Below are positions 8,448 through 22,464 of a stretch of 64,000 bases of DNA, in pieces. The stretch's first letter is position 1. Every line of letters starts with the position of its first letter. This DNA is from Pelomyxa schiedti (Eukaryota > Protista > Evosea), in the NCBI GenBank assembly GCA_020536535.1, contig JAHLWZ010000113.1:66548-130547 (forward strand), in the 5' to 3' direction. The translations under genes and the position numbers were made by a program. The notes under the pieces were generated by a model that was not told where the DNA came from, ran no database searches, and worked only from the letters and a program-made list of their open reading frames with translations.

Positions 8448-10350
8448 TCAGTGTTTATTGGAACAGTGGCTGTGTTTTGTGGCTGGAGGTGAGGGTCTTT
8501 CTGTGGTTGGTGAGGTGGTGTCGGCTCCGGCGTCTTTGTTCCTGGGCCTTTTGCTGGGAAGTGAGACTGCTGTTTTGTTGGGGTAGTCATCATCAGGGGC
8601 AGGCGGATGTTTGTTGCCGGTGGTGTCAGTCTTGAAGTACACCCTCTTCTTCTTCTTGTGCTTTGTGGGCACAGTGTTTGGCTTTGAGGGGACTGTTGTT
8701 GATGACGAGGATGAGGTGGTGGATGTTGATGATGATGAGGGTTGGGGGCTGGCTTTGTGCTTTGTTGTGGGGGTGGTTGAGTCGTGGGAATGATGGGCCT
8801 TTTGGGAACTCTTTTGCTGTGGACTTTCTTCTTTTTCAGTGTTTGTGATCCCTGGTCCTATGAAATGTGAGTTGTTGTGGAGGTTACTGGCAGATTTTAC
8901 CTGGGTCACCTGGCTTTTTCTTTGCTGGGGACTCTTCATCTTCACTTTCGCCATCTGGGGAGGATTCAGAGTCTTCACTATCTTCACTGTGGGGTTTTTT
9001 GTCACAAATGCTGGCGTTTTTGAAAGCAGGTGTTTCCAGCAGTGTGAGCATCTTGTCATGCGATAAAAAGTAGACTGTCTCACTGTAACCATCCTGTATC
9101 AGTGTTACCACCGAGTTTGTGAATTCCAACGTAGCTATAAAAGAATAAACTCACAGGGCCAGAATCCCATTGTGCTAATTTGTATTCTTCAGGAATGAGA
9201 GAGTGGTAAATGAGAGACGTGTCACTATCATCATCATCCTCATCAGAACCTTGATTCAGAATTTCAGCTACCACCCCTGTGGGGCTTCCACTAACAAAGT
9301 AGGTTGTGAAGAGCTGTTTTTGATAGTAAGTGTCAGTTTAGTCATAGTGGGAAATACAGAGTGCAAGTTGAGCTAGTGAGACAAGACAGATTGTGAGGAG
9401 AGTTGTACAGTAAATAGAAAGCTCTGGAAACAAACAGTCCACTACTAATCAAAGTGAGTTGCAAGAATGGGAAGATGCATGTTCCACAAGGAAATGAAAC
9501 AGTTTAGAACAAGAAACAAAGGCTCCATTGTAGGGAGGTGACGTTGCAAATGCCATGTAACCAACTTCAAAGTTGCAAAGAGTGAGATAGAAATGGATAC
9601 ATTCATCAAATTACAAATGAATCTGTTAAATCCAGAGTGGACAAACTTGTTTTTGTTCACTGCTTGGAAATTCTAAAAAAAAAAAAATTGAAAAAGAATG
9701 CAAAGGAGAATTGATGTTGAAGAATCTTGATCACAAACAATGGAATTATGATCAGAAACAGACACCAACTGTCCCACTTTTTCAGAAACAGATGAGAGGT
9801 TCTTTGGGTTTTTTTCTGTAACACACCCCCACAACTTCTTTCCATCCTGTGCCACATTCTCCACCTCTAAGACTTGAAGGGATACACCTGGTTACCACAC
9901 CACTATTACACAAAACCATAAATAAAAACCATAAAAGACCATAAAAAAAAAATCCACCACCAACAAAAATGGAGCCAACAGGCCAAGATGGGAGATAGAA
10001 ACTCTGAATAAGCATCTCCCATGCCACCTCTCTTCTCCCACAGTCATTTATAGGAGCATACTAGAAAGCATCCCCCTCAATCTGGAACCAAGCCCTCTTG
10101 GTTGTAACCAACATGAAACCATGGGCCCATGTATGCAAAGTCACTCCAACTTGCTGGTATGGCTGGGATTCACCAGAGACAGTAAAACACATCCTAAACA
10201 GGTGCAAAAATAACTCTGGCACGAACTGAAACTGCACCCAATGAAGACCCTAAACATAATTCCGAACTCCCCAGACTCAGCCATTTGTTGTAGGGCTATA
10301 TAATATCCACAGTACCAGGCACCACCAATCATAGCAGAAACCAATCACAG
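8448..10350 (-). pseudogene. CpG-depleted spliced hypothetical gene or relic with an acidic/basic low-complexity C-terminus
   Basis: The 3' exons can be joined by GT-AG introns (...DSDTSLIYHSLIPEEY, DGYSETVYF..., KHKKKKRVYF). The 5' part has stops in all frames, and very few CG dinucleotides occur at 9250-10200. Confidence 0.35.
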
Positions 10351-11146
10351 CATACTCCACCCATAACAGACACCAGCCAACCAACCCACCATCTCAACCC
10401 CCTCTTGTGTACTTCCACAAAGTACACGAACTCAGCCTTGCTCACAAGGCTCTGAAGTCTGGTGCACTTTAGCAGGATTGGAGAGACTGAGGACTGAGCC
10501 GAATCTGGACCATTACCAGAATGAGACAGCGAAGGTAATGATCAGCACACAGTGCAGCTGGGCGCACAAATACAGCAACAAGAACGCGGCAGGCGGTTTT
10601 GATTATCCATTTGAACATCACAGCCTTTTAACCCAATCACACAACCACTCTGCGAGATTTTACACACTCCCTTTTTATCCCCTTACAACAATGACCAAAC
10701 AAACAAGAGAACCCTTTATTCTCTTCACTCTCACTCGTTTTCTTCCTCTGTGGGACTTATTCTCGAGCCCACAGAAGCTAACACTCTGTATTGTGTAAAC
10801 ACTATTTAGTTAAGACACAGTTGTTAAGCAAACACATAACACATGAGAACAGTAACACCATTCAGCCCACAACATCCCTCTCCTAGACCACCACTCTTAC
10901 ATATTTACTTTCCTTGGTGACTTTTCCCCTACAACCTAACATCCACACCTTGTGACTTTGCCTTGACTACAACAATGTCTCTGAAACTTCACCCTTTCTT
11001 GGAGCTGTTTTGTGGAGCATTCAGCTGAGCACTGTGAGAGACCCTGGGCCCAGACGTCACTTTTATTGAGTTGGCTGAAAAAAAAAAACACCGGACCGCA
11101 GACCCAGAGCACCGGACATTCCTGTCTGTTGAATCAACACAATTTG

Positions 11147-14100
11147 ATGGATCGAGGAATGCGAGGGGGCCAGTACACGGGTGTGTTCGTTGTTTGACAG
11201 ATCTCTCCAACAAACACGTACCGTTTCTTATGATGATGATGTAGTGAGCACAGTCGCGGGGACGGGTATTAGCGGGCGTTTGGATGGCAGGTGCTATACC
11301 GCGCAATTTTGCTCGCCTAGTGGTGTTGCGTTGGACTGGGATGGCAATATTTTCGCAACCTCTAGTAATAGTGTGAGGGTGATCACTGTTTCAGGTTCAC
11401 AACTCTTATGCGTTTTAGTATGATTGTAATCTATGCTGTTTGCAATCGGTTTTTGTTTTGTTGATTGTTTGTAGTGTGGGCGCTTTCCTACTACGGGAAT
11501 TTCACTACAAATAATTGAAATCAACAAAAGGAGATGTTATGACAATTGGATGTGGAACTGCTGGGCATTTAGATGGCAATGGTACTGACGCTATGTTCAA
11601 TGAACCATATGGAATAGCTGTTGATTTTTTGGGAAATCTTTTAGTTTCCGATGTGGCCAATCATTGCATCAGAAAGATCACACCACAAGGTAGCGAAAGA
11701 AACCTCGTTAATCAATACTCAATAGTCTTCGATATTAGGTGTTGTAAGCACAATTGCTGGACAAGGTGGCAAGAAGGGATTTGTTGATGGGCCTTCTCAA
11801 AATGCCAGATTCCAAAGCCCCTATGACATCGCTGTCGATATTTATGGAACAATTTTTGTGGCGGATTATGGAAATCACGCAATCAGGGCTATTTACTCCC
11901 AAGGTTCAAATGGAGGCCTGCTCTCACATTGACAACACCATGTTCTTGGCTTTGCTATACACCCTCCACTTCATCAGACAACGTGTTGATTACATGTACA
12001 CTAGGTTATGTTGTCACAATTGGGGGAAACGGTAAGGCTGGCTTTGCTGATGGCCAGGGTTCAAAAACACTCTTCTCCTCACCGAGCAGTATTGCTCTTG
12101 ATGGAGCCTCAAATATTTATGTGACTGACTCTGGGAATTTTCGAATAAGAAAGATCACCCAAGATGGTAATAGTGGCCGTAATCAAACCAATTAATCCTC
12201 AACGTCTCTACAGGTACAGTCAGCACAGTCGCTGGCAGTATTTTTGGATTTGCTGATGGCCAGGCATCATTTTCCAAATTTGGATCCACAAGTGGAATTG
12301 CAGTTGATGTACTCGGTAATATCTATATAGCAGATTACTCAAATCATAAAATTAGAATGATATCTCAGACTGGTACTCAATTTCTGGTTATACCATTCCT
12401 TTTTATAAAAATGCATAGGAATGGTTAGTACAATTGCTGGAACTGGGAGTGGAGGTTTCTCAGATGGACTGGGTTCCACTGCTTCGTTTAACTATCCATA
12501 TGGTCTCGCAGTGGATTTTTGTGGAAACGTCTACGTTGGGGACTGTGCAAACAACCGCATCCGCAAACTAGTGCCTCCCACACCCTTGAATTACAAAAGC
12601 CCTAAGTATCTGCAACATTAATATATGCAATCCTTTCTATATCTCAGTCCTTTCCTAGAATTGTTTCCGACAAGGTGCGACAAGTCTTTTTCACTGGGTC
12701 TGCCAAGCAAATTCAACAGATACCGCAAGAAGAGTTATACTCATACGCCTTACTTGATGTCATCCTCTCAACTACTAAGTTTCACGAAGGCAGTTCCGAA
12801 GTGCAGCGTGCTGTTAAGGCAATAGAGTGCCTGAAAAAGAGAGCCTCACCTCAAACAGAAATGATGCATGAGTGGTTACTTGGTGAGCTGCCCGGATGGA
12901 TGGGATTTCAATCACTTGGTGTTGCATGCATGACTGGGCACTTAAAAATTGTTTCTGCTATACTTGATTGTGACCCCGACGGGTCTTTACACGGAAGTGA
13001 CACATCTAGGTGTCTTTCATGTGGCTTGTCAAAAGTTTGTGAAAGTATGCAAGCACAAAATCTGTTTTTTTGCGGGTACATTGTGGAAAGGGTAGGAACT
13101 TACTCTAGCTAGGCTCTTCTCTCTGCCGAATGATAATAGAGCGCACTGCACATGGGACGCTCTTCCTGGATTCTTGTACTATCGACAAAATTGCGTGCAA
13201 TTATCCTGAATTGGTTCTATCACAAGACTCCCTTGCCAGTCAACTGACTCGTGAAACTCTTGCAAAACTCGCAACTTTATATCCCAGGGTCTTACTTAGC
13301 TATCCTTCATATGCAATCAAAGCACCTCCAGAAACTTTTATCCTGGCCATAAAACAGCATGACCACGACGGTGAGTTCTCTACGGAACTCATTTCAGCTG
13401 GTGTTACAGTTGAGAAACCTAGTCTTCTTTATGATGCTCTCTCCGACGTTCTCACATCTTCTGTTGTGGATAGTCTGCTTTTGGCTCGTTCCACTGTCAC
13501 GAAGGAAAGCAAGACAACTACCAAGCCGTCTGTAACCACGAAAACGAGTCAAATTGCTCCAACTTCTAAAACCCCTGTCAATAAAAGCGCAAAAAAGACT
13601 GCTAAGTCTCTGGGCACTACTAAGAGCTCAGTCCCACTCAGTACTAGTGCTCCTACCAAAACCACTTCCTCCCCTGCCAAAACTGGTACCTCCCCCACCA
13701 AGGCAAGTTCCAGGAAACAAGTTCAACACCCTGCCGATACTTCGTCCAGTACGAGTTGCAGTCCACTGCCCACTGAACCTCTTTCCAATGATAAGACTAG
13801 TAAGACTTGCACAGAAGCTCCCAGCGGTGCTAGTACCTCAACTCTAAGCAGTGCTCATACTCCAGACCAGTCTACAGTATCTGTTTATGTCGATGGGGAC
13901 AAGACACCTGCCACCTTGGTTATCAGTTCCACTGATACTTTCGGCTCTGTCAAAAGCAAAATCGAGGTCTGCTGTGTTATTCCTTTCCTTGCTTACTCAA
14001 ATGTTCCTCAAACAGGAAGAAATTCTGGACCCAGGAAAGCATGTTGGCAAGATGTTCCTCGAGAAACCCCGTGTATTAATTAGAAGGCCACAACCAACCC

Positions 14101-14171
14101 ACAACTTCCTTTCCCTAGCCTCCGAAGTCATGTTCGCCACCTTCTGCATCCACGTTACAACAACCAACTGA
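11147..14171 (+). CDS. NHL-repeat (6-blade beta-propeller) protein with an ankyrin-like helix, S/T/K-rich linker and small C-terminal domain
   Basis: Six VSTxAGxGxxGFxDG...F..P.GIAVD..GN.YV.D..N..IRKI repeats at 11240-12570. These are followed by ACMTGHLKIVSAIL and a long Ser/Thr tract. Start is approximate. Confidence 0.8.
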
Positions 14172-14339
14172 ACCCCACAACCACACAAATAAAACAAATG
14201 CCCAACACCAGCCAAACAAAATCATCCTCTTTTTAAAAAAAAAACCTCCATACCCATCATTACGAGATTCGCGAAAAGCGCTGTAGCGTACTCTCGCCGA
14301 ACAACAACCAGAGCAAGGTAAAGGGGGGGGGGGGCAAAT

Positions 14340-16410
14340 ATGAGCAGCACGTGTTGCAGCGGGGCGGGGGTGGGGAGCACGAGCAGCCACAGGCAGCTGC
14401 TGCGGCAGAGCGCGGCGCTGCGGGACTACCGGCGGGGGTTCAGCGAGCAGCAGTGGTGGTACGTGGTGCAGCTGACCATGACGCACGGGCTGCGGACGCT
14501 GCGGGGGTGCCTGGACCTGACGCCCCTCAGCCCCGAGGAGCTCAGGCAGCTGGTCGTGGCCGTGGGCGACGACGGCGACCTCCCTGCTTATCTGGCGAAG
14601 CACCATCCTCAGTGGTGTGTGTGTGTGTGAGAGTGTGTTTGCGTTTGTTGAATGCTGTTGTATCTGTTTGTGTTGGTTTTGTTTGCGGCGTGAGTATTCT
14701 CATTTTGTATTGTCGGTGCCCGCTTTTTTTTTTTTTTTTTTACATTTTAATCGGAATTCTTGTTTATGCAGTTTACTTCCTGGTGTTGATATTGATGTTC
14801 CATTGAGCACTAGTTACAGAGAGACTGATACAGAAAGAGAACGAGAAAGAGAAAAGCCCCAGGTTGTTGTCTGCCATTGTGGAATGGGGTGCAATTCAAC
14901 TTGCAATCATCATGGAACCTCTTGTGTCTCAACACCGGAGAAGTGCTGCAGTACCAGCACACACAATTCTCCTTGCGGCGGATGTTCCGTTACCTCCACC
15001 ACCCGTTCGCCCGATTCTGTGGGGTGCTGTCAAAGTGCAGCTGCACGTTGTTCTTGTACAAACTGTATAAATTCTCACTCATGTAGACAACAACAGTACC
15101 ATGAAACACCCTTGAACACCCAACATAATCACTTTCAAACACCTTTGCAAAGAACTCCTTTCGTTACCCCAATTCGTCCATCAGTAGCAAGAAACCAAGG
15201 GTTACACCCGCCAACGGGTTCGCAACACTTCCAGTTTGCACAATCCCCAACAAGATCACAACACCCTCAGACTTTAAGTCACTCCAACAAACATTGTGTA
15301 CACTGCCCACACCATTGTACTCCAAGTCACTGTCAGCCCCATCCCAAACCACGTGCCGAACGAGCTTGCTCTCCCGAAAGATCAAACCATCCAGCAGAAC
15401 CTCACACTGTATACCCGCCTTGGTGGTACGGGGAATCACCTAATCCCCACACCCAAGAAGCTAAGCCACCAAAAGTACCTGTGATGGAATTTTCTCCTCC
15501 ACACTCGCCTAGAGTGGCTTTACCAAAGCAGCGGTATGCTCCGCAATTAAGTTGTACTTCTATTAACCATAAATTGGGGGAAATCAAGGTTTTCGCTGAG
15601 CTGGGATGAACCCTACGGGTCAAGGCATTGTGTGGCCTGCAGAGCGGATCGTACTACATCAAAGCAGTGGCGAGAACCAAGTACCCCAATGATGCGTCAC
15701 AACAAACAGTATTGCTAAATAAGTCTCTCCACTCCTATCTGAGGCTGGTATTCAGGATAACACTGGGACTTCCATATGACCTTTCCAAAGTAAAATCCAA
15801 GGTGAAAGAGCAACTTGACATCGACAGAGAGAGAATGAGACTCATGAAACAAAGTAATTTTTACTTCATAACACTAAGTCACTAAATGCCTTGAAAGACC
15901 GTTCCCCCCCTTCCCAGACTGCCAGTCCTATTGACAAATCCCGCATGTTTACAACTCCTAATTCAACAGTGCACTAAAATCCTTCACAGTACTACAAACA
16001 ATACCAATCACAATACACATGAAATACCCAGCGGCATTCCCAAGCATGAAAATCATTCCGAGTTAAAGGAATCCCACGATGTTCACAACGGGGATGTGGG
16101 TAGTGGTGATGATTGTAGTATGGAGAGCAATAACAACAATACTCACACAAAGCACAACGGCGAGTCACAAACACAAAGTTCACCACAAGTCAACACAGGC
16201 ACCACAACCAATCACTCAAGTGCCACTCGGTGGACAAATCAAGTTGGACTGAGTCAAACGGCTCAGATTATAAGGTTTCCCTCACATAAAGTACTGCATT
16301 GGATTGAAACACTTTTGAATAGGAAAGAAGCCTTGGAGATAGCTGCAAAACTAAAGGAATTGGAAGCAGATAGACTTAGACTACAACAGGAGCTCTTGGA
16401 TGACCCCTAG
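14340..16410 (+). CDS. Hypothetical Cys/His/Pro-rich protein (multi-exon)
   Basis: GC-rich first exon (ATG 14340), then co-linear exons at 14863-15590, 15640-15850 and 15900-16410 ending in a coiled-coil-like tail. Confidence 0.55.
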
Positions 16411-16431
16411 CTTGTGAGAGCTAACCGGTAT

Positions 16432-18702
16432 TTATGTAAATAAAGAAAACAAAAAGAGACTACGGCAATTGCCAAATAAGCCATTATTTTTTCCCCCGTT
16501 ATAGTCAAGAAAAAAAGCCCTTAAATCGAACACGTAGAGAAGTCTGGAACGTCCATTGGGAGAGAAGAAGCCGGAGGTAAAAGGTCCAGAGTCTCGCCAT
16601 TGAGAGAAGAGAAGACCCTCCAGAATTCCCTTTGGGTTATAAACTCGAACCTCTCCCACATTCCTGTGTGAGCCCGCATGTATTTCTCAGTAAAGGGTCC
16701 CACTCCTCCCAAAGCCGCCACAACTGTAAACGTTTAGTACTAAAGGTGTGTGTTAAGTTGGTTGGTACGTGTGGTAATCTTAGAGTCCCAAGTCATGCAA
16801 GGGCAGATAGCAGTCCCATCAATGTCAATGGACTCAGTGGAGCCGTAGTTACCTAAGAGATTGGTGGTTCAACAGAATGCGTGGAAAAAATACTTTGCAT
16901 TGCTGGGCCAAGAAGCATGGTTTGGTACCACGATAACCCTATTCCTTGGTCGGCAAGAATAACAGGGAACGCGGCATATGGCGTGACCACCTTGGAGATT
17001 GATCAGTTAGTGTTGACTTATTACCGCAATTCTTACTTGAAGATGAGTGACAGGTTCAAACGCGATTGAGGGGATACCACAGTCACTAATATATGCAAAG
17101 GTAGGGGGCTGTACGCTAGGGGCACTTGGTTCAGTAACTGAAGCATACAATCCTATTTGTTGGTTTGTAGTTGGTACTCTTCATACAGTTAGATGGTATT
17201 TGAGAAAGGTAGAACAACCAGGAATGCCATTGATGACCGAATTCCAAGTTCTGGCTCGTTCTCCATTTAGAAATACTCTTTCAGCAATTTTAATTTTTTG
17301 GTAAGGCATCATGAGGTATTTCCACTGTTCGTGTGCTGAGAACCTAAGATGGTGACAAAGAAATTACAAACGCAATGTTGCCTACCACCAGCCACGGGTG
17401 ACAGAAATTGTTCCATCAGACGGTGTGCTGAATTCCACCTTTTGTAACTTCTTTCGTTTTAATACCCACATATCCTCCTTCTCAGAGGGGTCGTCCCACT
17501 GACAAAATAAGTCCATGAACCATACAAAGAGCTCTCCTTCGTATGGATCATCCAAGTAGCAAGGGTCACCACAGTACGGGGTAGTGTAGTAGTTGGAAGG
17601 TGTCGGTTGTGCTGATGTATTAACAATGTTTGAAACTGCTCTAACCTAGCATGTGTTATTTTTACTGGTCAAAACTGAAAGATTGCAACCTGTCCATCAC
17701 CATCCCAAAACACAGTTCTTGCATTAAGAGCAAGTTTCTGAAGATATTGGTCATATCGATCAGCGAGATCAAGGTAACCTACACAGTGTAAAAGATATGA
17801 TGAAAGAAAGGAGATACCAGTATCAGAAAGAGCTTGGATGATTCCAATTATTCCCCAAATCATTTCTCCATTGTCTAAAACAATATTAACATTAGAATTC
17901 ACAACAGAAAAGTACCTAAAGAAGGAACCCTATCCTCAAAATCTTGGAAAATATTGTTAGAAGAGCATTCAAATGTTACTTGATTTACCCCATGTTGGGG
18001 AGATCCCAGCATCTGTCACATCAAACCACGGAAGGAAGCCTCCAAAGCTGAGAGCAGAAGGACAAGGTAAAAAAAACAATAAAATAAAAAATGTAGGGTA
18101 CCCTGGGAAGTTTTTATCAAAGTCCTCTATAGCTTGAATTTTCCTTTCTAAAATATCCACTGCTTCATCAGGGGTCATAAGATCAGATACTCTAGTTTAA
18201 TTCTCAGAAAAAAAAAAGGTTCTGGCCGTAACAGTGAGAAGGGAACCTAGAGTCACCAGCAAGGACGTAAGCTAAGTATCCCATGTGAACTGATTCTTTC
18301 GATGGAGCACTGAATGCCCAGTTTTCAGAGGTAATTTCACCAGTGGTATAGTTCAATGGCCTCCCGTCTGTTATCCATTATTCTCGTAAGAGAAAAAAAA
18401 AAAAAAAAAAAATCAATCATAAACAGAAATACCATATGTCATGCCATTTACAGCGTTCGAACCCACGCCCCCTGCCATGAAATTGGACTCATAACGGGCC
18501 ATATCGGCCACGAACAAGTCTCTGGTAGCTTGGTCCGTTTGAACCATAATTGGGTCGTACTTGTACGCCCATCTGCACGAGTCCAGCCCAAAAACGGTCG
18601 CCAAACCTAACTACCCACCCACGTGAGTTCGGCATGTTTAGGGAAAACAAAAAAAAAAAGGCTCAACTGTGTCGGTACCAAAAAAAGAAGAACCGGACTC
18701 AT
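16432..18702 (-). CDS. Secreted endo-beta-1,2-glucanase, GH162 family
   Basis: Spliced signal peptide MSPVLLFLLGLATVFG. Motifs MARYESNFMAGGVG..NGMTYDG, FSAPSKES, FGGFLPWF, LDNGEMIW, YEGELF, FSAHEQWK, GERART, TPYAAFP, YGSTES and TWDSKITT match fungal GH162 (TfSGL type). Confidence 0.88.
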
Positions 18703-19103
18703 CACCGCCTCTTTTTATTTCTCCTTCGGCTTTTTTTTTCTTGAAGAAGATTTCTGGTAACGGCCAAAGAAAGATAAAAAAAATCAAAAAACAACAAGGA
18801 CCAACAAAAAGTACCCACACCATCATCGGGGAGCTAGACAACAAGGACTAACCCAGAGGTACATCTCCAAACAACACAACCACAAGAAAAAACGATCAAC
18901 CAACCTCGTCCTCCGAAACTTCAGCATTCCTCTAACACCAGAGCGCATAAAAAAAAATTAAAAAAAAATCAAGACGCACTAATCCCCTGTCGTCACTTGA
19001 CATCTACTAATAGTAACAACCCTCGGATCGTCATCGACAAGCGCCGGCGGAGCAAGAAAAAAACCCATCCCCGAAAATCCCATTATTTCGAAGCTGCAAC
19101 GCA

Positions 19104-22100
19104 ATGTCGTCCTCAAGGGTCAGGCACTCACCGCGCAGGCCGTCGACGCGCTCGCGACCTTCACGAAAGAACTCCGACGACGAAGATTTCGTGGAAGGGT
19201 CTGAGGCTGAAGAAGATTCTTCTGATTCTGACTTCGACAGAGAACCACCCCCTGCTCCGAAACGATCTCGCAAGTTAGTTCTTTCTTTTCACTTTTTCCG
19301 CGTTTTCTTTCTTCACTTTTTCTCATAGCTTTTTAAAACCTATCCTCATTCGCTCTTTCCTTCTTTCTCTCTCTTTCTTGTACCTTTCAAGTTTTTCTTT
19401 TGTCTTTTTTTTTTTCCCCTATTCTTTTGTTGCCTCAACGAAATCATTGTATTAATATGGGTCTTCCCTCCAAAAAAAGCACTAGGCGTAAAGTGGAACC
19501 CAAAATAGAGACTAAAATAGAACTCAAGGCAGAGCCACATGTTTCAATGCTACCCCCAAAACCAATAACCCAACCAACTGGGGTACTCCACCAAATGGCC
19601 CAGAGCCTGGGCCTGGCTGTCCCACTGGGTGCAGCACCTTTCAATGTCAATACACCCCCACCCCCTGTGACAAACACAACTACTCCAACAAACACCACTA
19701 CTGCGACAGGTACACCTCTGACTAACTTGCCTCCCCCCTCATCACCATCTCCCCCCAGTCCTCAGAGTGGGTCTGGCGGGGCAACTAACACTGGGGGAGC
19801 TGCAAATGGGTCACCTGATAGTCCTAACACTGGTGCACAGGTATCCTCCTGCTATCCTTATTCACTTGATCCTTATCACCAACCACATTTCATTTTCTAA
19901 AGGGCACGGAAACTGCTGCAGCCTCTGTTCCCACTTCATCTCCAAACACAACTTCATCTTCAACACCCACACTCCCAAATCCCTCTGTCAATGAACAAGA
20001 GGAACAACTACCATTCCAACCCCCAATCAACACTGTACAACAGGTATAATAAAACAGGCAGCGTAGTTTCATTGTTTAACTTGTTCAATAGATCCTCAAC
20101 ACTACTGTTGGGAAGTGCCGCATCTTTGTAGTTACACTTGAACACATTAAACTCAGTCAAAAACGTATTCTTGATCTTCCACCTCTGGATTGTGCTGTAG
20201 TATGTTTCCCCTACACACCATCGCCCTAATAACTTGAATGTTTTAGAATTTGGAAGCCTTATCAAGGCAACATAAGGAATTGTATGATGCTATGGCAGTT
20301 GAAACGAGCATGCTTGCTCGGCTTTTTGATGAAATCATTCTTATCCCTGCTGAGATGCACCATACTAAAAGATTGCAGATGGTATCACTTCTGTTTGTTC
20401 TTCTTGGGAATAATTTTTGTAGAACCTAAGCAAATATATGAAGCAACTTGACCTCTATCAACTCGAACTAATGCACTATATAAGACCTGACACTATTCCC
20501 TGGTGCGTTTACCCTTCTATGAGAAACTACCTTGGGTCTTTCTAACTATTTTCAGTCCGGCGGCGCTTCTTGTTACTGATCAGCCATTTTCCCGCTCGAT
20601 TGTTAAAGGGCAAACAGTTGCTCTAGAAGCCCAACTTCTACTACCTTCGTCAATTGATCTCAAGTAAACTTCCTTATCACCTGGGTTTGTTATTGACTTG
20701 GAACACCCAAGAAATGTTGGCCCTGTAGATGCTGATATAGTACAACTTCATGGTACCTCTAAAAAAGGTGTCAAATGTTCCACACCATCCATTGAAAATG
20801 CCTCTGAAACAATTGATACTGAAGGAAAGGTACCCAAATTTACATTTAGATTACACTTTTTTCCTGAGGGGTAAATAAGGTGCGGTTTCATCTGCGGTTT
20901 CCAGCAGGAACCAATAAAAAGCCTGTGACTCTTCGTCTACATGCAACAATCTCCTACCACCCACTGAAGTGTCACAATCCTGCCCTTGCAGTAACTACCT
21001 GAAAATCAACTAAGCCTTTTTAACAATAAAAAAAAAGCAAGCAGGTACAAGAGTTGTTGAAAGCAACGCTTCGAGACCATTTATTATTACCACCAATTCC
21101 ATTCAATGGTGACTTGAACCCTTCTCGTTAGTTGAAGTAACCTTTGCTGCAGGCGAGATTCTGAAGGGATACTGCTAAAAATGGAGGCGTTTGGAGATGC
21201 AACTGAAATTACTTGGGCTAAATTTGCCAACACACTTCAGTCGTATTACCTTGTAGGGCTTTTGTTACCGCAACTTATTTCTTATTTACACCATCATAGG
21301 GAGCCACAAGGCAAAATCCAGAACAGCCTAATAGACCCCTTACACTGAAAGACTTCGAGTTTCTCAATAACCTGAAGTTTGATGGAAACACTGTGGTTAC
21401 TCTGCAAACCTTTGATAACTTTTGGGAGTGGTTTGGTGCTGCTTTAGAAAAGATAAGACACCAAAAGAACCTATGTCCTCTCTGGCTAAAAGGGTAAACC
21501 AACCCGAGAATTTTCCAAAGATTAACCCAATTCAGGTATATATATGGGTTCATTAGCAAAATTGACTCTGAGAAACTCCTCTCCCGATTCGAAGAAGGAA
21601 GTTTCCTTATCAGACTAAGTGATAGATTCCCAGGGAAATACGCCTGTGCCTATGTATATGATGTGAGTGAGCCTTAGAAGAACCTCGTAGTTACTTGTCA
21701 TTCTAACTTACATTCTTTAATCAGGGAGTGGTCCGCCACTCGCTGATAAAAGATACTGATGTGGCCGGCAACAAAAGAACTCTAGTGGATTTCTTACATG
21801 AAATTGATCACGTCCGCATCATAGTACAAGTGAGGTGCGATTTCAATGGTCATATCCAGATCAACAAGTGCATCAAGGTTCGTTTGGCTTTCCCACCCAC
21901 TACCCACACCCACAATCATAATCCACCGGCGCTTTATTTAGCCTTTTTGTTCCCCCTATCAGCCCCTAACACTCTCACAGCAAGACATGTTACAAGAATT
22001 CCTTTCGGAGAAGCAGGACGTGTGCACCCCTGGATACGAGGAATTTCCACCACCGGGAATGAGACCGGCTCCCAGAGTTATTCAGCCAGATCCGACGACT

Positions 22101-22172
22101 GTCAGCCCACAACAGTTATTGGCACATGCTGCACTGTATGAGCAGCAACACCAACCGCAACAGCAACCGTAA
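19104..22172 (+). CDS. STAT transcription factor (Dictyostelium-type; SH2 domain)
   Basis: QPFPRSIVKG, ITTNSIQW, WAKFANTLQSYY, ATRQNPEQPNRPL, FWEWFG, LWLKGYIYGFISK, SH2 GSFLIRLSDRFPG and a C-terminal GYE tyrosine. Confidence 0.9.
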
Positions 22173-22464
22173 AAATAGACAGACAACACGAAAATAGATC
22201 AGATAGAACACGCACAGCAAGTCACTTGACACCCACCCCTTCCCCCTACAAATACCGATACAGAATTAAAACCCTTCCACGCAACAGGACTGGCCCACCA
22301 AACTGTGATAGCAATAAAAAAAGTTTTTTTGAGAGCAGTTGCTAGCAGATTAATTGGCTCGCGACGAACGAGTTTTAATTACGCCGTTCGTTCTTGTGAA
22401 AAAAAAAAGGATCTTTTAACGCAAGGAGACACGACAGCCCGCGCCGTCCGGTTTTTGTTGCAAG

